From Marsupella aquatica (lineage: Eukaryota > Plantae > Marchantiophyta): a stretch of 64,000 nt of DNA. The notes below the pieces were generated by a model. The model saw only the letters and a list, made by a program, of their open reading frames with translations, was not told the DNA's origin and did not search any database. Every line of letters starts with the position of its first letter. Within the stretch, counting starts at the first letter, position 1. The stretch lies in the NCBI GenBank assembly GCA_973895155.1, contig OZ316897.1, forward strand, positions 19,471,224 through 19,535,223, given 5' to 3'. The position numbers were made by a program, and so were the translations under genes. Positions 48,618-58,426 of the stretch are shown in pieces.

Positions 48618-51141
48618 GGCAATCATACATCCAACATTAATGGAAAATGGAGGTTTTATGGTAGTCAAAAAAGCAACATTGAGAATTATTGATGAGATTA
48701 ATAGATTAGTTTTTACCATTCTACCTAGGCTATGTCATAATCTATACAGTTGGACTATTTGAGAGAGACTCTAAGAAACCAGAGTTTATTTTACAGTCTA
48801 TCAATTTTGGTGTAGGATGCAATGCAAGAAAGAGACTACATTGCAGTATGAGGGAGGAAGTCTAGAAGGTTTAAGCTTTAAATATTTGTTTTCAACAACC
48901 TTGAAAGTCTTCATTTCTGCTATGGACAAAGTATACAAATTTTTGACAAGGGATGTTCAAAATTGCAATAATTTCATGCGCATTGCCAGGGTTTTGAATA
49001 ATATTTAGCCAATTCCTAATGAAATATAAAATCTCAAGGAATCAAGATAGAATGCAAGATTGAAAAATTATTGCAATGAATCTTTTGACCCATGGTATGG
49101 ATCCCAGTCAACCACTAATTTATTTTAAAAGTGGAACATGTTACATGTGAACTAGTATTAAACATCAACCACGTGACGTTACCTAATCATCACATTCAAC
49201 GGACAATATACCTTATAACAAAACATATCTATATGGAAACTACATTTCCATAAAATCAAGAATATTTGAAACAAACCCTTTCTATTTAAGAGAAAAAGTA
49301 TCAAGGTAACTTAATTAAAACATGACATGAGAAACTTGACTGTAAATTAGTACTTAGTTTAGATAGCGTAAAAAGGGATTTGGACTCAACATTGTCAATG
49401 TCAAAAGATGTACCTCCTGATAGACAACAAATTTAGTAATTAGTATAGTTACATGCCTACAATATGTTACACAAGTTGGTATAATTGAATCACTCTACAC
49501 TGCTATAATTAAAAAGAAAATCATTTTTGAAAATCATGTGGGCATCCTCTTCTTGTAAAGTTGTATGATTGTGTACAATAGCCTAAGTTCAACATTTTTG
49601 TATAATTTGCAGTTGTCATGTAAGACTTCATGACTTGTGCATGTTGAATATAACTATCAATCAATCAATCTTAAGGGTGTCCCCTTAACTTTGCTTCCCT
49701 CTAGATTGAATGCATGCTCTTACTTTTAGTATTACTAACGATGGGCACAAATGAAGAGAGCAGGTCTGATATTGGCATAGTGATTATCATAATTAGTTGT
49801 GGGGCGTCAGGCAATAGTTCAATGATCATCACCAATTTAGAGCCTGACTTATATTGTACTTGTCAAGGCTGGGATACTAACCAAACTAAGGCAAAATTAG
49901 GGTTTTGGGTCCTAGACTGTTTTGGTGCCGTATTTCTCTATTTCATGGGCAATAGAAGTGTTCGTAGGACTGGTTGTCTAGACCTACCCTTAAATTATAC
50001 CACGGCTGATATCTCCACCCCGCTTCCCACTCCATATACAGAACAAAACAATACCACTAACTTTTTATTGAAGGAATTTCTATGATTTACCCTTACCTCA
50101 AAACCATGTAATTGTCAGACCATGAAATTGTTTTACCCTTACCTCAAACCTTACTAATTTGGGATTAATCCTCTCTTATACTGCTCATAATTGAGATTAA
50201 AAACCCTAATTTTCTTCCACATTTCATAAGGGATTCTGTTGGAAGTTTGAACAAAATGACCCTATGATAAGTTGCTAGCTTGAGATGTGCCATATTCACA
50301 AAAGTGAGACCCCACTACTATAGACTTCACAATTTTGCATTGCACATCAAAATATGACATATATGGCTTTTCACATCACTCCATACCAGAGGGATATGCT
50401 CAATAGACCCCCTCCAGGAGAAACTTTACTTGATCAGCCCCCTCCAAACTTTTTTGCCCCAATCAGCCCCCTCATTATGGCCCGTACCCTTTTCTCCCGT
50501 GTAAGGCAGTTTCCCCCGTGTAAAGGCCATACTGCACAGTTGGGAGCCATGCCACCACGCAGGGTGGCCTCCCACAGTCGACCATGAGACTCCGCTGCAG
50601 TAGGGCCACAACTACGCGGTTTTGCGTTCTCGCACTATGGTCCCTTATGAGCATGAATACTTCGTGGTTTATGTCTTCAACAAAATTTCTGTTTAGGGCA
50701 CACATTGTCGGGGCGCACATTGTCGGGGCGGTTTAGGGTCAAGCACGCAGTAATCAGGCAACGGGACCTCGTAATTAGAAGTCAAAATCGGGCATTTGCC
50801 CATCCACGCCGCCACGATCAACATTAGGGTTATGTTACGCGAATGTGAATACATTGACATGATTGTATTCTATTTGTAAACTGATCTCCGCATTTTTTAA
50901 TATCCTCCCATCCCAACTTTTGTCCATGCTCGATAACAAGTACACTCAACTTTCCACGAGGCGCACGGCGCACGGCGCACGCACCTGCCACCATCGATTG
51001 CACAAGGAAACAAGGTACTACTGTGCAGATGTTAGAATGTGTAAACTGAAGGCACAAACAATGTCAGGAAACGACGTCAGTTCATGGGCTGTAGAGCCCT
51101 TTTGCATGTGGCTTAGTAAATGTTTTTGAGCTTTACGTTAA

Positions 51142-52430
51142 ATGGACATGACTAACCTCTGCATAGTACTCATATGCACATTGAAGTACACGATGGCAGA
51201 TGATGTAAGTGACATCAAGCTTTGGCGTCGAGGGGATGTCTGTGAGGTGGACATTCCCGATTCAGATAGGCAATCACCACAAAGAGCAAGGCGGGGAACA
51301 ACACGAAGACATCTGAAAAATCTGAAATCAATCCTGGATGGGAAGAGTCCCGAAGAAGGTGAATCTACTGTGCTTCAAGTTAGTATTTGGAGGATTTGTT
51401 TGGCTTAAGTATGAAGTTGCTCCCGTATGAATCATAAGTTTTGCACTGTTGAAGTGGAGAGCTCCCATAGACGTTCTTCATTATGTATTCTACAATGCTC
51501 TTGGCAGTGGAAGCAGAGGCGGCTCGCATTCATCTGGGCAAGCGTTTTAACAATTTTGATGAATTTGATAGATGTTTGGACTTGTGGGCTGTCATGCATG
51601 GCCGAGTAGTGTATAGACTTAAAACCTCCCCCAATTTTCGAACAAGGGTTTGCCGATTTAGTAAGATTGCTCATCGACATGAAAGGAAGTCAAGTGGTGA
51701 CATCAGACCTGGGCCAGACAATTCTGAATGTAGTGATAGTTCAGAAGATGAAGATTCACTATATATCCATGAATTGGATGATGAAGATGAAGATGAATTA
51801 GATTGGCACTATAACAGTCGTTACGGTGAGTATAGTGGGTTCCGTGACAGAGGAATGACATCCGAACCAAGGGGGACACGAAGGACACACAATGCCTATG
51901 CAGAACCATTATTGACAGCGGAAGAGGTAAAGCTTTCCAAGAGTCCATACCTATATCATTGTGGTTTTTTTTAATTAAGGGTTAGAAATGTAATACTTGT
52001 CACTCTGTGTTTTGATGCATGGTATGTTTGTGCTGCCATTGCAGATGGAAGACCGTGAGTTTCAAATTGCTATTCAACAGATGACAGGATCAACAAACCA
52101 GTTTGGAGCAATCGTTCTCACAAATGCTCCACAAGTATACCTCAACCGGAATGTCTTCTTTGCATTTTACAATCAATGTTTTGTATAGGACGTCATGAGT
52201 GTCTTCTATGTTTCATATAAACATCCCCATTGTGGTGTGTATTTTGTATACAATGACACCATTGTCTTCTGTGTTTCCATATACAATAACATGAATATGT
52301 TTTGTGTGGATTGCAATAGGAGGTTCGTGCACCCCTTGGACCTCTGGATCCAAACTGTCTCTAGAGGAACACAACGATGGCAAAGAAACCACGCACAGTA
52401 GTGCAGCATAGCAGTGTGTGGCTACCTGGG
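51142..52430 (+). mobile_element. MuDR/MULE transposase N-terminal remnant
   Basis: IHLGKRFNNFDEFDRCLDLWAVMHGRVVYRLKTS....RVC resembles the MuDR N-terminal DNA-binding motif (.G..F....EF...L..YA); no DDE domain follows. Confidence 0.5.
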
Positions 52431-52536
52431 TCACATGCCCCTGGCACGGTGTTGTGGGGATTCTTTGTTTAGTAAGTTCCTCCTAAGTATAGCTTAGTAG
52501 TATAGGATAGTAGTTTAAATTCTCGCATATGCAGTC

Positions 52537-52835
52537 TATAGTGTGCATGCTACAGTGCACAACCTACAGTGTGCATGCTACAGTACACGGTCTACAGTAT
52601 GCATGCTATATTGTTCGATCTACAGTGTGCATGCTACAGTGCAAGACCTACAGTGTGCATGCTATAGTGTATGATCTATAGTGTGCATGCTACAGTGTAC
52701 ATACTACAGTGTACGATCTACAGTGTGCATGCTACAGTGTACGATCTACAGTGTGCATGTTATAGTGTACGATCTACAATATGCATGCTATAGTGTACGA
52801 TCTACAGTGTGCATACTACAGTGTACTATCTATAG
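52537..52835. repeat. 28-bp tandem repeat (two 14-bp subunits), ~10 copies
   Basis: Consensus CTACAGTGTGCATGCTACAGTGTACGAT. Confidence 0.92.
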
Positions 52836-53053
52836 TTGCTCCACTCACGTAACTACAGTACTAGCACACTTACTTGCCTTGGATGTGTGACACATGGCTT
52901 CCATCCGTGTGCCATGCTTGATCGTGTGCTTGAGGTGTGAGCACTATAAATAAAGAGGAGAGGGGCTCTCTCCCCTCACTCCCCATTTTTCATCAACTAA
53001 GTTGTGAAGTCTTAAAAATCCATTGGACTGGATGATCTCTTCTATGAATATAA

Positions 53054-53320
53054 CCCTTATGAAGTAGACCCACTCATGCACTCTTGCTTAGGGCTTCGGC
53101 TCGGCCAGGGATATTTTGTATGACTCGGACCTTCAGAAAGTGTTGTCATTTGATAGGAGATGGTTATTAAGTTCTAAAGAGTTGGAAAGTGCTCAACAAT
53201 GCCTTGACATCATATGTTCCCTTTTGGGTGAAATCCTTATGAAGTAGACCCACTCATGCACTCTTGCTTAGAGCTTCGGCTTGGCCAGAGGTATTTTGTA
53301 TGAGTTGGACCTTCAGATAG
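53054..53320. repeat. ~85-bp direct repeat at 180-bp spacing
   Basis: CCTTATGAAGTAGACCCACTCATGCACTCTTGCTTAG...GGACCTTCAGA at 53055 and 53235. Confidence 0.9.
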
Positions 53321-53764
53321 TATTTTCATTCAAAAGAAGATCAACCTATTAAGATAAACGTCTGCATGTATATACTTAGAGTTAACTCAATGCATGATAT
53401 TTTTTTGAAATGGATGATCTTTTTGTTGAATGATTCTATCTCTTGTCATTAGAATGAAAATTAGTTGGATGGAATATTTGATAGTATGATAATGCCCAGA
53501 CTAGTACCTATTCTTCCTCTCCCTAATCTTTTCCTTATTAGAATTCATGTACTCCAAAAAGAGATAATGCGCCAGCATATGACTTTTCACTTTGGAGAAG
53601 CATTTGCAACTGCGGTATTAAATTCAATAGAGCCAATTATATACCCTTATGTGATGCCTAGACAGGAATCACTCGACCGGTTAAGTGGGTAAAGCAGGAA
53701 GGCACCCTAGGAACACCTTAGTATAGGGACAAAACAAGGAAAATATAAACAATTAGGGGCAACC

Positions 53765-55966
53765 ATGGAACCCGGGCCGAGGCCGGAGGTAAGGCTAAGG
53801 GTGAAAACCCGATTAGGGTTAGGGCGCGTTAAGCGTCGGCGGCTAGGAAGGATCAACGGGAAGAAGGACCGGCAGAGGAGAGGGGTAAGGAGCGCTTGCA
53901 GGAGATGGTGGCTCATTTGCGAGCACGAACTAGGCAGACGACTACGGGAGGCCAACTACTGTCAGCTGCTTAGGCAAGCACTCGGGGAGAGAGTAGATAC
54001 CGACGATCGACCTAAGGAGGGTATGAGCAATGTCAATCAAGCAGCACATTTCTGGGGATGCCTGTTCGAACGGGCAACTGAGTACATCAAGACTTACGAG
54101 GACGAGGAGTCAGAAAGGGCAGCTCGAGAATGGCAGGAGCTCGCTCGATTGTGGGAGCTGCACAAGACGGCTTTCTTAGGAGGCGAACTCATCAAGGACG
54201 AGTTCCTGTGGACGCCTACTTCCAATCAACTCGACGATCTTCTATTTTTCAAAGACAGCGTCATCGGCATCCGAGAGGCCATCAAGAACTGCAACGACAT
54301 ACACTGGGAATTAAAGGGTAGCACGGAAAGGTGGACCCAGGCAACGGTGCTAGGAGAAACCTCCACGGCAGCAGAGATGAAGAGGAAGAGGGCCGTCAAC
54401 GATGAAGCCACCCCGGCAAAAAGAACGAGGTCGGCGGCACCAAAGAGGCCAGCCGAGCAGCAGAGCAGGAGGCAGGGAGAAGCCGAAGAGGAGGAGGTCG
54501 ATCCCATCAAGGCCATTCCAACCAGGGATGACACCTGGAAGGGCTGGGCGGCAACCCTACCGGTGGAGGTGCAACTACATTTTGCACGGGAGGAGGATGC
54601 ATGCTTTACGGCCATGCAGACCAAGAAGTACCAAGGCTTCATGGCCGGATCCGGCTTGGAGGCCTTTGTAAGATTACCATGGCTGAAGCCGGAGGTACCG
54701 GAGTCAGACCTATTAGAATTCGTGGGGTCATGGGAACCCGAGACCAATTGCACGAGGATATATGGGAAGGATTTCTATCTTACTCCCAAGGTAATTGCCG
54801 AAGTGTTTGGCTTGCCGATAGGCAATAAGACCAAAGTTGATACCAGGAAGACCCTGCCTGACAAGGAGTTCCGGTCGTTCCCCGGGCCATCAACGAAGAA
54901 TGGCTTCTTCCGGAACACCTACACCAACCCGCACATAGGAGAGATGATCGACTTCTTGCGGGTGACCATGCATTGTAACTTGCCGAGGGCAGAGATCGGC
55001 AAGGCACAGGTCTATCTGGCAGAAAGGCCAGACCCAAGCCGGGACTACAACGGGTACCTCCTCAACCAATTGAAGAAGATCTTAAAGGAGGAGCAGCAGG
55101 TAATCGGCATGGGGAGCGTGTCGCGGCTTGGCTATCACATGCCGCTGTTGTGCCGGTATGCCAGAGGTCAGACTTTTGCCCCGGTACTTCCCCTGCAGGT
55201 AAGGGCACCCGAGGAAGCTCCAACACCGAGGCCGTTGGCTGAGAAGCCTCAACCACCTGTTAGTCCTACGATCGAGCAGGTGTTTAGGCCCAGGAAGGAA
55301 GACTTGCCGATGCAGCAACCAGGCATGCAGAGTCTGCTGAAACTACTGGAGAAAGAAAAGAAATCGGCATCGGCAACAACAACGGCAACGGCAACAATGC
55401 AGGACACTACTACAGAGGTAGGCCTACACCGGCTCACAAGAGAAAACCCCTTTGCTGGAGACAAGGAGAGAATCAGGCCGGAATCCAAGCCAGGTGTTCG
55501 AATGTACGTGGGAACCTCAAGCTTCGAATCTGAGGCAGAATTGCCTGAAGCTCCTACCGACGAAGAGGAGAGGGAGAAGCCGGACGTCCAAGAGGTAGAG
55601 GAGGCAGTGGAGGACTGCAGCCATGATAATTCCGGCTATGGGTCGGACCATCACGTTCCAGGAGTAAGGACCTGTGGCCGGTTTGTCCCCACACTTCCAA
55701 GGGTAGTGCGAGGGGACCCCAACCAGCAGAGTAGCCCTGAGTCTCCCCCACCAGATGTTGCTCCCCCGAGCTTCGACGGCATAAAACAGACGGTGCAGGA
55801 ATTTCAGGAGCGAATCAAGCAGGAGGAAGAGGCCGCCCTGGCTAAGGAAAAGGATTTACCAGGAGGAGATTGGCCGGAGGACATCAGGCGGCTAGCCGAA
55901 AAAGGAAGCAAACCTCTAGCCACGATTGAAGAGATCTGCAGGACGGCTTGGGAGCAGAGGCCATGA
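53765..55966 (+). CDS. Retrotransposon accessory ORF, 5' part (unknown plant-transposon domain); in frame with the next ORF
   Basis: 733-aa open frame; LLEFVGSW...IYGKDFYLTPKVIAEVFGLP resembles accessory 'putative plant transposon protein' domains of Gypsy extra ORFs (from memory, not searched). Confidence 0.7.
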   Translation: MEPGPRPEVRLRVKTRLGLGRVKRRRLGRINGKKDRQRRGVRSACRRWWLICEHELGRRLREANYCQLLRQALGERVDTDDRPKEGMSNVNQAAHFWGCLFERATEYIKTYEDEESERAAREWQELARLWELHKTAFLGGELIKDEFLWTPTSNQLDDLLFFKDSVIGIREAIKNCNDIHWELKGSTERWTQATVLGETSTAAEMKRKRAVNDEATPAKRTRSAAPKRPAEQQSRRQGEAEEEEVDPIKAIPTRDDTWKGWAATLPVEVQLHFAREEDACFTAMQTKKYQGFMAGSGLEAFVRLPWLKPEVPESDLLEFVGSWEPETNCTRIYGKDFYLTPKVIAEVFGLPIGNKTKVDTRKTLPDKEFRSFPGPSTKNGFFRNTYTNPHIGEMIDFLRVTMHCNLPRAEIGKAQVYLAERPDPSRDYNGYLLNQLKKILKEEQQVIGMGSVSRLGYHMPLLCRYARGQTFAPVLPLQVRAPEEAPTPRPLAEKPQPPVSPTIEQVFRPRKEDLPMQQPGMQSLLKLLEKEKKSASATTTATATMQDTTTEVGLHRLTRENPFAGDKERIRPESKPGVRMYVGTSSFESEAELPEAPTDEEEREKPDVQEVEEAVEDCSHDNSGYGSDHHVPGVRTCGRFVPTLPRVVRGDPNQQSSPESPPPDVAPPSFDGIKQTVQEFQERIKQEEEAALAKEKDLPGGDWPEDIRRLAEKGSKPLATIEEICRTAWEQRP

Positions 55967-55972
55967 TGGGCG

Positions 55973-57436
55973 ATGCCGATCACTTCTACTTACTCCACCT
56001 ACGCTAAGAATAGAGCCATGGAGTATGGTGAGATGTGTGGGGAACTTGCGCTCGGCATCTTTGGAGAGGAGTTGGAGGTAGGACCCTTTTTCCATAGGGA
56101 GCAGTTGGAGAAGCACCAATTAGAAGAAGCGGTGGCTTTAGAGAGAAGCAAGAAGGACGAGGTCATTCGGCGGCTTAGGAGGATGGAAGCCGAGATTGAA
56201 GATCTAAGGGCGGCCAAGAAAGCCCAAGATGAACTGCGGATTAAACGACATGAGCTGAACATCATGCAGGGGCAGTTGGACACCGCGCAGGCTGATAATC
56301 AGAATATCAAGGATAAACTGACTCAGACGCAGGAAGAGTTGGCCGACACGATCAAAGAGAGGGAGAAGTGGAAGCAAGAGCTGAAGAATACAGAGGAGGC
56401 CCACATAACAGCCAACAGCCGGGCCATGGCGGAGACCCAAAGAAAGGAATGGGCGTTGAAAGGGGAGCTCGAGAAAATCCGCGGAGCCCTTGAGCAGAAG
56501 GAGGTCGAGTTAGGGAAATCCTATCAAGGGATTATGGCGCTGCAGCAGGAGCTTGCGTCCCTGACGGCCAGCTTCAAGGCCGACCTAAGGGAGAAGGACG
56601 AGATGCTCGAACAGACTTACGCCAAGATGAACCAGATGGAGTCTGTCATCATTGCAGAGCTCGACAAGGAGCTAAGAGCAACCCAGGAGGAGAGGGCTAC
56701 CTTGAAGAAGGAATTGGAGGAAGCCCACAGGGAGCAGGAGGAGGCCAAAAACGAGCTGGAGGGGGCACGTAAGGACCTGGATGAAACCCAAGAGGAGTTG
56801 GAGGAAATCACGAGGAAGATGGAGAACCTACAGCGGCGGGCCGACAACCAAACAGAGCGGCTGAAGAAACAAGCCGCAGTATTTAAATGCTTAGCTGCAG
56901 CAGGTCCATCTCCCGTTGGGACAAACCAGTTACCAGGGGTGGTAATTGCCGAAGGACAAGCCGCGTCAACTGCACCAGTGCCGGAAGTAAGTGGGAAGGG
57001 GAAGGGACCAGCTGCCGAGCCACCAACAAAGAAGAAGCGGAAACCTTCAGGGTCAAGAAGTAATACGACTTCACAGGCCGTGGTGATCAAGGAGGTAGAC
57101 CCAGCACCGACCCCAGACAGGGTCGCGGCTAAGGATCCAACTACCCTAGGGGAAGGGGAGGCCGAAGCCGAGGGAGTGGCTGAAGCCGAAGCCGTGGGAG
57201 TGGCTGAGGCCGAAGCCGTGGGAGTGGCTGAGGCCGAAGCCGTGGGAGTGGCTGAGGCCGAAGCCGTGGGTATTGCCGAGGCCGGTGTCGAGGCTGAAGC
57301 CGAAGGTGGACCCAGTCAGGCCAATGGAGAGTTGACTCGGTCAAGGGCAGGTAATCTGTCAGTAGGCGGGCCAACGGCAGTGGCTGAGGAGGAAGTGTTG
57401 GGGGCGTCCATTGAGGATCCACCACCGGTGTCGTGA
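55973..57436 (+). CDS. Retrotransposon accessory ORF, 3' part: long coiled coil, NLS-like PTKKKRK and AEAVGVAE repeats
   Basis: ~250-aa E/K/Q/L heptad-rich region; 24-bp tandem repeat at ~57157-57305; same frame as ORF 53765. Confidence 0.7.
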   Translation: MPITSTYSTYAKNRAMEYGEMCGELALGIFGEELEVGPFFHREQLEKHQLEEAVALERSKKDEVIRRLRRMEAEIEDLRAAKKAQDELRIKRHELNIMQGQLDTAQADNQNIKDKLTQTQEELADTIKEREKWKQELKNTEEAHITANSRAMAETQRKEWALKGELEKIRGALEQKEVELGKSYQGIMALQQELASLTASFKADLREKDEMLEQTYAKMNQMESVIIAELDKELRATQEERATLKKELEEAHREQEEAKNELEGARKDLDETQEELEEITRKMENLQRRADNQTERLKKQAAVFKCLAAAGPSPVGTNQLPGVVIAEGQAASTAPVPEVSGKGKGPAAEPPTKKKRKPSGSRSNTTSQAVVIKEVDPAPTPDRVAAKDPTTLGEGEAEAEGVAEAEAVGVAEAEAVGVAEAEAVGVAEAEAVGIAEAGVEAEAEGGPSQANGELTRSRAGNLSVGGPTAVAEEEVLGASIEDPPPVS

Positions 57437-58361
57437 CGGTGCAAGGGCGCCGTTCCTTTTAGGGAGGGCGGACGTGGAGGGAGGAGGCGTGAGTGGGCAG
57501 GGCGGGCGCGGATCTCCACGTTTAGGATTAGGATTAGAACCAGGAGCGGCCCTGACACTTAGCTTAGTGGGATTGCGGTCCCACTGGTAGGAGCAACACT
57601 TGTGCTCCTGCCTTGCTGTACATAGGTAGATTCGGGCAAGGAGATTACTGTCAGGTAGATTAGGCTTACGATGCAAAGAATGGCGGATCCACTACCAGGA
57701 TAAGTACCTGGGCAGCGGGGAGCTCAGGGCCTCTTCTTTAGCAAGTTTTTAGTTTGCACCAGCCGGGCTGGGATCAAGTAGTACGAGAAGCTCTCGGTTA
57801 GTCATACAGTGACCCTTGTGTATATTCATGTTTCCTCATGCCTAAGAGCTGAATAGAGTTGGCCTCACGGCTTAGTTCGCAGAACTTGTGTATGAGATGT
57901 ACTGTTTGTATGGCAAGTGCATGGTATGACTCAGTCAGAATGAGTCATTTTGCTATTTGTGTGTCGCATTAACTTGTGTGAAGAGTGCCCACATCAACAG
58001 AAGGAAGGAAAGTAAGCAGGGGAGTGAGAGTTGGATGTGTCGAGCTGAGAGAGGTCTTAGCGGCTTAACCAAGCCTATTGGGGATCATTCCGGCGGCGGA
58101 ATCCAAACATACCTAACAAGACGGAGGGGAAGACAGGGGAAGACAGGGGAAGGCCTATATTAGGCCGGCTACGTATCTCATGACCCGATGAAGGATCTGT
58201 CCAGTATATGTGTGTAAAATGTTAATAGTAGTAGTAGAAGGTTAGCAGCGTCCCATGCCGCTAAGCCGCGGAAACGGCCTCGCCAAGCACGAAACCTGCG
58301 GGAATCGGCTTGAGCTGGGGGGTTTCTTGGGTTTAGGGAGCCATGGGACGCACCACATTTT

Positions 58362-58379
58362 TGGCGCTAGATGGAGGGG
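58362..58379 (+). promoter_or_regulatory. Primer-binding site complementary to tRNA-Asn
   Basis: TGGCGCTAGATGGAGGGG versus the complement of the plant tRNA-Asn 3' end, TGGCGCTAGAAGGAGGGG (1 mismatch; tRNA sequence from memory); 4 nt after the LTR-terminal CA. Confidence 0.8.
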
Positions 58380-58426
58380 GCATTTCTTAAGCCGTGAGAT
58401 ATGAAGTTAGAACGGAAGCGTAGGTA

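Noticed and set aside
57458-57500. Polypurine tract marking a short LTR starting near 57476-57490
   Set aside because: The following TG starts (TGGAGG, TGAGTG) do not match the inverted LTR end TGTGGTGC as well as 53650 does; kept only as the alternative model.
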